Assembly (NCBI GenBank): GCA_030248215.1 | Contig: JASANG010000273.1 | Location: forward strand, 372,001 to 436,000 | Reading direction: 5' to 3' | DNA: 64,000 nt | DNA from: Enoplolaimus lenunculus | Lineage: Eukaryota | In this document: positions 26,001 through 39,300 of the stretch, piece by piece | Numbering within the stretch: position 1 is the stretch's first letter | Layout of the letters: each line of letters begins with the position of its first letter | Translations under genes and position numbers: made by a program | The notes under the pieces: model-generated | The model's input: the letters and a program-made list of their open reading frames with translations, nothing else | Told to the model about the DNA's origin: nothing | The model's database searches: none

Positions 26001-26609
26001 ATTTTTGCCCTCCCTCCAGCCAGGTGAGCTGGCTACGAGCCTGGCAGTGTGGAACTGATAAAAAATTTAACAACCCGTTTTTAAACTGTAAAATATGCTG
26101 TTTGTTTAATGAATTTTATTAATTATTAAAGATATTAAATAAATTTAACGAGTTTTCACTCTACAATGTACCAGCTAATCACGTAAATAGAACCAGAGAA
26201 AGAACGAGGCATTACAGTTAAAGTAAAATGCCGTGAAATGTTAGAAAACAGGCAACTTTTAATACTTTTAAAAGCAAGCAATTTGGTGCCTCAAATAACT
26301 AAAATTTTAACTTCTTATATATATAAAGATATTATTTTAGTTTTAAATTTTCCTTTATAACAATTTTAACTTCAAAATTAATGTAATGTTTATGTTTTAA
26401 GCGTTCGTAAAATACATTAAAATCAGCTTAAGATTAAGCTAACTCCTTCTCACGTGTACTGTGAGTTTAGGGTCCATGTAAAGTTCAGGGCGGAACGTTT
26501 TTCTGTGGGACCAGAACAGAGTATTCTTAAGCTTTGGACTATTTATACTGCTTGGCCTAGGCTTAAGTATAAGCTCATTCTTACGCTTAGGCTTAGGTAT
26601 AGGCATAGT

Positions 26610-26970
26610 TTTAGGCTTAGAAATATGCTTACTACAGTTTTACGCCCCTATTCATTACATTGGTCCAAAATAGAATGTATTCATGTGAACAAAAGTTAAA
26701 CAGCAATTCTGGATAGGAATATTCTAGCTTTAGGCTTAGAAATATGCTTACTACTGTTACGCCCCTGTTCATTATATTGGTCCAAAACAGAATGTATTCA
26801 TGTGAACAAAAGTTAAACAGCAATTCTGGATAGGAATATTCTAGCTTTAGGCTTAGAAATATGCTTACTACTGTTACGCCCCTGTTCATTATATTGGTCC
26901 AAAACAGAATGTATTCATGTGAACAAAGGTTAAAGTAACAGCAATTCTGGATAGGAAATAGGAATATTCT
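26610..26970. repeat. About 117-119 bp tandem triplication spanning a MITE end and its flank
   Basis: TTAGGCTTAGAAATATGC recurs at 26611, 26730 and 26847. The overlapping ORF repeats every 39 aa. Confidence 0.9.
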
Positions 26971-27402
26971 AAGTTTATGTTTCTAATGCCCCGTCGGTCG
27001 ATATTTCTAATAGCTCTGTTCGTTTTTCGTGAAATTTCTTTATCCAACCGATTTTTTAACCAGGAAACTTTTAAGGTTTTGCGTTTGTCTACAATGTAGA
27101 CGATTTCCGCAATTATTTGTTTTGCTGGTGTTTGCTTGTCTGAAAATTTATGTCGAATCTTTGGCACTTATAGCTGTTGTTTGTTAAAACGCTCACAAGT
27201 TCACATCCATTTGTAGGTACTGTTGGCGGCGCAGTAAAAAATTTAGTACTTCGTGATTTTTGATTTTATATATTAATACCTTGCAATTGTAGAAATAAAT
27301 TTTACAGCTATCAATCATTAGTCACGAACTATTTTTATAATATTTGACATGGTTTTAGTATACCGATTTACTTGTTTAATATTTTCGCATAATATAAATA
27401 AG

Positions 27403-27465
27403 CAGGGTGTAAAAACGGATAGTAAGAATAACAGAAAAGAAACCGGATATCCGGTTTACACCCTG
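27403..27465. mobile_element. 63-bp minimal hAT-like MITE
   Basis: CAGGGTGTAAA...TTTACACCCTG TIRs. Flanks TAAATAAG/TAAATATA match 6/8 as a TSD. A longer relative starts at 6666. Confidence 0.6.
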
Positions 27466-30400
27466 TAAATATATTATTTATACGAGTGAACTTGTGAGGT
27501 CCACTACCAGAAACTGTTCGTACGGTCGGTAAAGTGAATTATTAAAGAAAAATTTGGTAACATATAATTCTTTTAATGTTTGATAACCTTTCAACAAGGA
27601 GTAAAAATGCATATTACACTGTAAATTCCTGTGAGTTGTGTAATCAACTCAAAGAACGAATTAATCATTTCTGGTTATTTCTGAATTAATTACAATAAAC
27701 ATTAACTCACTCTGAGCTGATTTAACTCCGGGTAAAGTTGATTGATTAACTCAGAATGAGTTTAATCAATTCATAATTTTGAGTTCTGAAAGACCGAGAT
27801 CTTTAACATTCATTCTGAATTAAAATCAATTCACCCGAAATTTACGTGCAGAAAATGTGTTTAAGGAAAGACATCGGTCACCCATTTCATTAATGCGACC
27901 CTGGAACGTCAGTTTTACGGCAGTTGTGTACGGCGTCGAAGTTTGCACAATTCAACTTAAAACCTTAAATTTATAATCATTTAAATTTTCCAATATATTT
28001 TTGACTTTGGAAATTTAATTCTACTGAAGTTAGTAATTATGAATCGATGTTCAGTTATTTTTGCCATCGTCTTTTTAACTGTGTTCGAAGAAAGTTCTTG
28101 TGGCAAACTTCACTTGAAAAAATCTGTTTTGAAGGTAATTGAATTTTTTGTAGTTCCGCCACGTTTGTTATTTTAGAGCTGAGGTAAAATAAGCCACAGC
28201 CCGACAGGCTTAGGCTAACAGCATTAAAGATTTGCAAATCTGTAGGTTTTATTGCCACCTACTCTCGGCACCTATAACTTTATGGTGTTACAATTTGAAT
28301 CGAGCGAGAGACTATTCCGAGCTCGAGATAGTTTCTGCCCAGAGTCATTCGCACTTGGCAGTTGTGTATCCATGGCTAAAAAGTTTACAAATCCATATAG
28401 TCGAACAAAGAGACAAAGGCGGATAAAGGAACCACACCCGTTCAAATCTCCCTACAACAACCAAACCAATTCGGAAACTCATACCTATGATTTGTTAACC
28501 ACTACACAATCCCCTATCTAGGTAAAACTACCTATGCACCACCGGTTGCGCTACTGAAATCTCAGGATAAAACCACCAATACTCCAGGTAGCCTGTTTCC
28601 AAACCACGCAGATATCCTAAACTATCTCATGGCTTAGGCGGTGAGAGTAGCTAATTCTAACCCAGGAGCTTAGAACTAACTTCGATCGGCGACGACGGGA
28701 CCATGAGCTAAGATTTTTAAAGGCCCTTGTACGAGTGCAACGAAGACGGAGTTGAGCCATATGTACTTTTCAGCTACCCCAAGACTTAGCTTATATCTGC
28801 GTGACAGTCCAAGCAACTACCTATTCCCAGGCCGCACTTTCTACGACTTGCACATGCTCCATCTCCCAGAAGCACAAGTTCCCCCACTATTACTCTAGCG
28901 CGCCCGTCCGACTGCATAACGACAAGCCACGCACCGCTTCTCTAATGTTGTACTAACTGATACATCAATGAACTTACTTAAGCTTAAGAATGAAATAATT
29001 AAATAGGGAACTTAGACGCAGGGTAAAAAAGCCTAGCAAATAACCCGATAAGTATATGGCTCACAATTAAGCAACACGATTTTGTATACACCTGTTTGTA
29101 GCACTGTGTGAAACAGGAACACGGGACGAACCACGTTTAGTCCCCACAAAGCGGATGGCTCACCTGGATTACGTAGGAATGAGCAGGTAATGTGTGTGAA
29201 TATGAACTAATTAACAATAAATTTACTAAGCTTGCACATTTTACTGAAGAAAACCAACAGACCTAAGCGCTGCTTTTATAGCGGAAAACAAGGAAAAAAG
29301 AAGAAACAAATATAAATCAAACACATCCGCTGTCGTGTGGTTTGAATGAACGTATGATCTGTAACTGATCTTACATCCCTAGAACCCAGTTTTTACTTTG
29401 CATGAACGCGGAATTTGCGTTAGATTCATCTCCGCCGATGGATCAAGTTGCGGCCAAACCTCAAGTCCCGAGCACCAGCATCCCTGGGCTGGAACGGCTC
29501 GGCTTTTGGGTTGAGCATTGACGGTGTAGATTTTGGTGAAACTGAATCATACTCTGACCGAGTTCATGGTGGACTGGTGGACACAGTTTTTGGCTTTGCG
29601 ATGTCTAAAAAGTCGCGTTGAGACGTTATCTGCTTTATCACAGTAAAAATTACATCGAACCATGGTCGCATAGTTATCTTTACCAGATCCAAGAAAATTG
29701 TGTCACAGAAATTGTTGAACTAATACGTGAAAACAGTCTCACAATTTATGGACCGACATAACTTGTAATCCAAAATTTTGTCGACCGCATGGTGCATATC
29801 GAAATTTGTTTGATTCAGGATTTTTGCCAAAACAAAGACAAGTATTAGCCATCCGCCTTGTGAAATTTAGCCACTTTACTCTGCTTAATTTTTTATTTTC
29901 CCTTTTTAAAATTGTCGGGCGAACGCTACTTCACTCAGACACTATTTTAATGTGACACCGGCAATTTTGATTGTGAAATATTTCGGTGTTTTTAAAAAGC
30001 TTTCGTGTTTTTAAAACGCTTGTGCCACTCGATTAGACTGTTTGTGACTGGCAGGGCACTTTTAAATGCTTTAAAATTGCCGAAATATTTCCAAATACTC
30101 TTTTCGTGAGTTTTCGCCGAGTATTGTTAAAATTAGCAAATTCTACACAAATTTTATTACCTAATTTTGCTTCGGCTCCGGCTTCACTACCGGCTCATAT
30201 TTTTTATCCCCGGCTGCACCTTATTAAATGATCCATGTAAAGAAAGGAACCTACCTTCTAAGCTTAAGCCTAAACCTAAGATCAACCTAAACATCGTAAG
30301 ACTAAATACAATTCTAAGTCTAAGCTTCCCAGTTTGTAAGTCTCAAAATTCCCATGACTTCCAGTCGGTTGGCCCCTTATGTTTGACATGGGCCTGGCAC

Positions 30401-31665
30401 TTCAATATCCGTTTCCGTTATTTTTACTATTCGTTTACATCCTGGTTTATTTAGTTTAAAGTAGCAATCTTTCAGGAATTCAATCAAAATGAACCGATGG
30501 CACAAGCAAATGTCGAACGACAGACGAACAGAGGTAAAAACTCACTCAGCTAAGTACTAGGGTACAACCGGAGGTCTGCACTGGCTTTGGCTCAAAATCC
30601 ACCTCCAGCTCCGGTAGAATTTTTGCCGGTGTTTCTGGCAATTTCGGTAGCGAAATATTGTGTATAGGTGTACAAAATGTAACTATTTGGCGTGTTACAT
30701 CATTTTAACTACCTAATTTCGGTTCAACTTAAACCTCCGGCTCCGGCATTTTTCACCTCCGGTTGCACCCTGTCAGCTACCATTCGTAATCTAGTAGAAC
30801 AGTGTCCCATTCTGTTCCCCGTATATATGCGCCGACAACGTCCCACTGGAGGTCTGTTTTCGTTGTACATAATGCTTTCCCGGCTCCGGTAAAATAAATT
30901 AAGCCAGTTTCTATTCAAACACCTCACATGTAATTTTTTTAAAATTATGCCCTTAAATTTTTTACAAGTAGTTTGTTTGAGAAATGAAAGATTTTATGTT
31001 TTTGGGACCGTGATACAAGCTAGTTGCAACACGGTCTGTCGAACACCACATATAGATCAATGCTAAGCACTGCCTTAATAAAAGTGTATTCTGTACTCGG
31101 ACATCACTGCCTTGCTGCGCGCGTTACTCAATAACTCGCGCAGCACATTCGAGCTACAGAACTAGCTCCACACTTGTACCTGCGCTCGTTCTTTATTCTA
31201 CTCACGTAACAAGACAGAAATAATTTTCTGAATTAGTTTACAGTGTTGTCCAGCAATGGGCTTGCGATATGGCTGTTGTGCCAGAAGATATGTTAGGCAA
31301 AAAATGTTTCAGGATTTCATAGTTTTTCGACAAATGTCAATAGAATCTCTTCTGGCGTACTCGCTGCAAAACGTATTGTTGACTCTATGAGTGAACTGTT
31401 TCGCTGAAGCTGATTAAATGAAAATTTACCAATGCAAAAAAGTGAAACATGTTTGTAATTCTATAAAGGTTTCACGAAACCTTGTCAAATCCTGCAAATT
31501 AACCGTTCCTTTTATTATTGCCTAACACCATTCCATGCTGTACTTGAACAGTGTTAAATTTTCGGTACACAATTAGTTAACGAATTATAGTTAAATAAAT
31601 CACTTGGCGCCGTCCCAAATCGTTGGCTGCGCGGCAAAATCAGTTAGTTGACAATAACTCGCTAA

Positions 31666-32716
31666 TAAAGATGAGCACCGGATATCCGGATATGAAAATA
31701 TCCGGATATCTATCCGAAATGAAACGTGTATCCGGATATCCGCCGGATATCCGAAATGCTTTTGTCTAAAAATTTTTTTTGGAGTAATTGCATGGTTTCA
31801 CCACCAAAGTAGCTGGAGCTGATGAAAAAAATTCTGTATCCAAACCTCAGTCAGAATATTAAACCACATTCTTGCATAATTGTTCTATGATGATTCAAAA
31901 TCTTTTTATTTCTTAACTAAAACATACTAATATTCCAAAAACTTCAGATTAGCGTGATATTTATAGGTAAAGTGACTTCGTATTTTTAGTTCATCTTAAA
32001 ATTAACCCATCGAAGTCTTTGCATCGAACACGCACCGTCAAGTACTAATTTTATTGTAATAATAGAAATCTCTACGGCCCTAAAAGTAACATGGGCCTGA
32101 GTTTCTGTAGAATTCGATATACGGCTGTGTTTCACACAGGTCTTGCTTTATCCGTAATTCAAGTTTTTCTGAGTTAACACTTCGTGTATCCGAGAATGAT
32201 GATAGCACGTTTACCGAGAACAGTATGATATAGACTACAGAGGAACACCGGACATCTGTTCCGGATAAGAAAAATGTATAAGGACCCCTACCTTACAATT
32301 TGTCGCCACTCCCCACAACTAACCCTTGAATTGATGTTGAGTCATTTATGCGCTACAATTAGGAATAATTGACATTTATGGACTCTAATTATGGTTTAGC
32401 GACTCTATGCGCTTACGGACTCTTATTAGGGAAACGGAATCCTATTGATTGGGACTCAAAATGGGTACCCCCTCTTATTCGGGTCAATACAGTACTGGCA
32501 TAATAAATACCGATTTTTAGAATTGTATCTTTTATGATCATATCAATTTGCTTGAGGGTCAGGGTACTTCCTTTAGAGCAACATATTAAAACATGTGCTT
32601 GAGAAACGAAAATTAAGGTTCGGAAACTCAAAAAACACAATTCGGATATCCGGATAAATATCCGGCAAGACTTGCCGGATATCCCGATACGAAAAAATAT
32701 CCGATGCCCATCACTA
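31666..32716. mobile_element. Non-autonomous hAT-like element nested in another repeat
   Basis: Ends TAAAGATGAGCA / TGCCCATCACTA, with subterminal ATCCGGATAT arrays. The 8-bp flanks CTCGCTAA/CTTGTTAA match 6/8. The host repeat also occurs uninterrupted near 33730-33930. A related right end is at about 16020-16151. Confidence 0.7.
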
Positions 32717-35700
32717 CTTGTTAAACAATCGCCGGATTGTGAAAAATTTAACGGAATCCTATTCAGCTCCACATGCTGAATCGAATGGTGTATAATTTGT
32801 CAAATTTCCGACAAAATTTTTTGGGTCGCTAGTGGGGGACTTTGCACTTCAAAAGATCGAATTTTTCAAAAATTGAAGATAACATAGTAAAAATAGAATT
32901 AGGAGTGTCTCTGGCATCCCTGCAAATCTACCAATAACTTTTCGTTGATACTTAAGTTAATATCCGACTCCGGCAGCCACCGGGGTCTTGAAGTATCTAT
33001 TTATATTTATCATTTCGAACGAATTCGTAGCAAATTTTATTTCGGTTATAAACCAAAGAGTATAGAGTTATACTTCTCAGCAATATAAAATACTGGAGCT
33101 GGATGTCGATTTTCTGCCGCAGCCGGACATTCGGTAATGTATGTGTATAAAATTGTGACATCGCACACGCAAGTTATTAAAAAGTACCAGATTTCCCATG
33201 AAATTTTGCTCAAACAATAATAGCCAGCAAATTTTAAACACGATTATTTATTTGGACGAATAAGAATATAATATAACTGACAATTGTTATGACAAACAAT
33301 AGGAATTATTCATAACTACAATAAAAATATGAAATCAGAGTTGCCCTACAGTACCTATGCAATGTGTTTAAGCAATCAGACTAAGATGGGTTCCATTTTG
33401 AGTCAGAATTAATAGGAAACTTTATTGCTAGCTAGCCCCGTAAATCAATCGGGTCTTTTCGGTTATCCCCTCCAGTCGGCGTTTGCCCAAGTACGGTTGC
33501 ATTCTAAAAACTTTCCATGTTTGAGCTTCTCATTAACCTGCCCCAATCATGTAACGCCTAAATTTTAATTTTCGAAAAGTTCTATTTTTGAGGTCTCAAG
33601 GTTCCCAAAAAAAATTTTGGTCAAAATTTAAGTTCAATATAAACCATTTGACGCAGCTCGCAGAGCTGTGTTGAATGGTGTTGAATTTTTCGCAATCAGA
33701 CGTTTCGCTAATGATTTATGGTGAAATAACTGATTTGGCGCCATCCCAAATCGTTGGCAGCGCGACAAATTGTAATTTGATTACAACCCATGAGCCAGAG
33801 ATCTGATAAACTCATCTCCGCAACCTGCGTTAAATGTTGTATAATTTGTCCAACTTTTTGACATAAATTTATTGGGTCCCAACCCAAGATGGGGACCTTG
33901 GGATCTTAAAAAATTGAATTTTTCCAAAATCCGAATATAGACGTGACATGACTAGGCCAGGGGAGGTCCTGAGAAGCTGAAATATGCAAAAATTTTCAAA
34001 ATACTATTTTTGAGCAAGTGCCGGTTGCGGCGGATAACCGAAAAGATCCAATGAATCGAGGCGAAAAGTTCTAATTAAAGACCACGCATCTCAATTATCC
34101 TAAATCAGGGTAAGTACGTATGCATTCATTTTCGTTACAATATATAAACATACACACAACACAATCTCCGAAAATATATACCCGAGTAAAGCGGCAAAAA
34201 CAAACAGGGTTTATGCGAATATATAACAAAAATTACAGATCAGTTGAAAATTCCCCCAACGAATTCACCCCTAACACTTCTTGGCAAAACTTGACGAGGT
34301 CGAACTATACGTTACTTTTACCGTTGATTTTTCCAGTTATACTGTTATTTAAATGAAATTATGCTCCAAAAATATCTACAATTACGTACACTTATCTAGA
34401 AATAAACCATCTGTGTTTAGGGCACTTGTTTTTTATTTCTTCGCACGCTAGTATTAATTTGACAGAATTATAGAAAACGCCACCACACTACAGTTTACTA
34501 TTCATATCCTAATCAAAAACCTAATTTAAAACTTAATGCTAAACCAAAGCCTTTTGGAAAATTTTTTGCGGGGAAAAGTTAACAAACGTTCAATTTAACT
34601 ACACAGCAGACAATTACATCTAAACCCTTCACAGTAAATTTTAAAACAATCCGAATCTAATAATTTATACGAGACAAAATGTTGAAATATACACCAAATC
34701 AACTATTTTCCACTCATTCAACATCAAAAATCTTAAATTATAATTAATTTGAAATCAACGATTCAATTAAAAACCGTCGCGTTAAAAGTCATCCAGGAAG
34801 TTACCTGCCCCTGCATCCCTTTTATGAAACACGTTAAAAATTCAAAATGCTACAATTAATCTTTTAAACAAATATCTGTATAAAAATAAGACACATGTCA
34901 CATTTCAACAATACACAATTTTTCAGCCTCACAAAACTAAGCCACCCCTCCAGCTACATTCATACATACAATCTCCCACAGAGCCTAATCGCTAGCTAAA
35001 GCACCACCAAACATGTCCAGCTTCATCACGAGCCTTCTTTCACTTCTAAAACCATTCAAACACCGGTTCAAAAAGAACCCGATCCCCAATTCGAGTCAGC
35101 TCAGCTGATGTAAACATTTTCCCCGAAAAATACACCAACACTAGAAAACTTCCTGTTTAATTCTGACACCCAAAAACAAAACCAGTGCGTATGATGGGCC
35201 CAACTTCCGCAAACCATTTGCGGCAAAACATCAAAATAATCAAATTTTTTACTCGCAACCTACCTATCATTCGAAGCCGATCTGTTATCAGTTTATTTTC
35301 TCTAAACAATACATAATTGTTAGACATTAAACACAAGTGCCAATCAATAAAATTCAAAATAAATGCAGTGTAATGCTGTGCGCTCAGAGTTTTTGTTTTT
35401 CGACTTATTTGTTGCCAAAATATTCTACAACATAATTTTTTATGGCTGTGACGATTCTGGTACCAATTGGCAGTGTACGGGGCCCAGGGTGCGAGTGACT
35501 TTTATAAGATTTCGGAAGCTTAAATCTCCGTAAATAGATACAGCCAGGACTATCAATTTAAATGGAGCAAAGTGGAACATTGCCGGTGTCCTATGACAGG
35601 TGGGTCCAAGTGAACAGACGCTCCTTTCAGCAGATGCCTCAAAGTTTTCTCTATCTATCATACGAGACAGAAACTTGTAACTTTGAGCGACCAAGTAAAC

Positions 35701-36301
35701 GAAATTTGCCCCTAAATCTATCGCACCCACTATTCCTCGAATGCTTACTTCATCCTTGGATATTTCCATTTTGCCAAACTTAGACTAAGTTAAGCAAAAT
35801 TGGAATATCTTCGACTGCAGCTGTTGATAACGACATTATTTCAACGACAACAATGTACACACACGCTATGCTTATAACACAATTTTAATACACATTATTG
35901 GTTATAAATAATACAATTTGCAAGTTTCACACCTATTACAAAACAATATTATACATGCAAAAATAAAAACAATACATCATACATTATATCGCTGTGTGTA
36001 CTTCTTAATGACCGCAGTCTCTTAGCAATGAATATGAGCGGCTGTAAGTTTACCCATAGTTCAGATGCCTACAATATTACAGCCAAACTTTGCGTTTACA
36101 AAATCAGACAGAAACGTTGACGAAATCTGGTTTGTCTTCGCTTTACGAGTAGATGACCGATGTTACAATTTAAGTTAAATTTCGGATGAAATATCATGCA
36201 GGATTTATATTCAACTTATACCATACTGATTTCAATAGCTTAAAATACAAGTACATTACGACTTTCTGAATAAACATACTGTTTTTATTAGTTTCAACGA
36301 C

Positions 36302-39300
36302 TCACTTTTGTGGCTCAACAGTGGAAGGAACGGTAACGGAATGCGTACTGAAAACACAATAAAACAAAAATGAATATATTTTAAGTGTAACGACAATACA
36401 AATAATGATAGTAAACGTAACCAATCACAAAATGAACTATATGAGCTGTTACACAATTGAATTAATTCACCTGCGTACCAACACCTATGGGATAAGACAA
36501 TATTCGAAAAGCCCCTATCGCCAAATGGTGCCAGTTCTAGCTGCTTTTCAACGAATTCGCCAAAATTAATAAAATTTCTAGCATTTCAAAAGGCACCGCG
36601 TAACCTTTCAGTAGTTGGTCCAATGTCTTATACTTTTATACGCCGCTGGTGCTATAAGTTGATTCCTACCGCTAACAAGTGATAGGAGCTACACCTATTA
36701 GAAACCGACGCTCCAGATGTAACCACAAAAACGACAATATTAAACTTTTTACCTGTGAGAACTGAGATAATTTAGTGATGATACAGAGCACGCGTCTTCA
36801 TCATGGCTTGCAGAAACGGTTGCATTAGGCACCAAACTTCTAAAAACATGTTTAATAAATTAAAAATGACGAATAATGCCAAAATAAGCACATCACAGAT
36901 TACCAATTACCGTCTGATTTTGAAAAATAAACTTAAATATGTGACGGGTAAATTCAAGGCTACAATTCATCGATTAAATTTAAAATCTAACTTAAAAGTA
37001 GACTTTAGTAAAATTTCTGCAACCCAGCCAATAATTATTACTTGTTCACTTTATCTTCAGACGCAAACGGATCAAATGACGCCCAGCCTTCATTCCGATC
37101 GATATTCGCTGTGCGATCATCTTTTTCAGCTGAAATAATAACAAAACTAATTCTATAATCCAAAGCTTCAACTGAGAAAGTTCCAAAGTGTAAAAATATA
37201 AATTATGCCACTCCTAACTATATTTTGTTTATACAAAAATAATAGTTAGCCACACCTTATAATGAAAAATAAACACACGTGACATACGGAATGTAATGCA
37301 TCATTAGAGCATGTTTAACGGACCAAACATTTTATCTGGTTATGAATGTTGTACCGTGGCGGGGAGGGGGCGAAGAAAACTTCAACTGAACGTTGAACTG
37401 CAGTAAAGTATCGAACAAGTAACAGAACCGTTGGAGTAATTCCTGCGTTATAACGCTCTCGCTCTGTAAAGGACATCCCCAGTCTCTAAGAGCGAACCGA
37501 TGCTTACTAGTATCCATTTTGTTCCACGGTGATTTACTTCTTCCAGTTTCATCACTTATTTCTATCACCGCTGCAGTTGATGTGTCATTAGTGAATCGAC
37601 TTTGTTCGAATGCAGTAAAATCTGCCCACTGATCGCCATCACTACACGCGTTTCCGTCATTACCAGGCGAAAATGGATCTAAACAAGGTGCACAGTCGGA
37701 ATTACTAATGAATTGAACTGTAATTTGAAGCGTGACAAAGGGGAATTTGAAAAAATACTGAAAGTCGAATTTGAAAAAATACAGAAAATGGAACTTCAAA
37801 AATACCGAAAGGTCAATTTAAATAATTACCGGAACTGGAATTGGAAAAATATCGAAACCTTAGCTTAAAAACACCAGAACTGAATAGTTCAAGTACCCGA
37901 CCAAAACACATTCTCCGTTTCCAATAGCATTTTTCCTTATACTGAGCACAACTAAATAAAATCTTACCTTCATTATCAACGCCAGCGTCTGCCGAATTGT
38001 CGACACCAAAACTATCATTTGTTCTAAAATAAAAAATATTTTGATGTAAACAAAACAGAGGGCGTAAAACACAAAAATATCAATAAATACATTTTATATT
38101 AATATAACACAATGAGACATTACCAAATGTAAATGGGATCATGCAGGCGCCGCACATATCCAATGCACGTCACTATACAACCTGTTCCACAAATGAAATT
38201 TAGTGTTAAATTTCATAAACAAATATAGCAAGGTTTCAATGGAAATCCAGAAACAATCGACGAGTGTAGTTAATTTTCGTAAATACGTTTGAAGCGCGAT
38301 AGCTTTGAGGATTATTCCTACAGATTTGTAAAGTTTGTGTCTACAGTTACATACCTGAAAAAGATTGTAAAGTCAAATTGCATACTAGCGCCACCCATAC
38401 ACTTCATACCACGTAAAAACTAGACAAATTCCATTTTCTTGTCCAAAAGTCATCATCCAGGCTCTTTAGCAACATTATACCCTGCATTATTCCCATTATC
38501 GGAACTGCCGGCGCTGGTATCTGGTTTGGTGACACTTCCAGTTCCGGGCCAATCCTCGTTATTATCTTCTTCTGTCTTATCTTCCGAATCATTTCCTTCG
38601 TTATCGCTGCTTCTTTCTTCATCACTGTCACTAAACGCATTCAGTCGTTCATCACACATCGCTTCGAATGCTTTTTCACCGTCCGGCTAGAGAGATAAAA
38701 AGTTTACCGAAATTAATCCTCAGCGCTCAACTGGAGATAAATTATAGGCCAAATACCATACCAATCACAAAATAAAGTGTTAATGTTCCATTGAAACCAA
38801 CACCACGGTATTTAGTCGCAGGAGTAATCGTGTACGTCCTAACAGCGGTATTATAAAAGTGCATATTTCTGAAACGCAACGAATTCGCAAAACTCCACTT
38901 GGTAACATGGTAAGTTTTTAAGTATCTATCCATCGAATTTTACAAGAATACCAATTCTGATACTCGCGTTTTTGCCAACACCGGTGCCGACATATGGGTT
39001 CGACACCGTAAAAAATAAACAAAAATTAAACATACTCTATTTTAGTATTAACAATAAATCATAAATCTTAGCTACACAGCGTCGAAAACTTACATCAGGA
39101 ATTTCACTGCCTGCAGCTTGAAGATCCGTATCGATGAGATCTTTAGTTGTTCGTTTGCCCAAAAAGCTAAAAACCCAACAAAAGACTAGACTATGACACA
39201 AACACAAACGACCGTTATGGAGCTAAACACTAACTTAACTCTCATTTTCTAGTGACTTAATAATCACATCTGAAAACAAACTTACTCTAGTGCGGATTTT

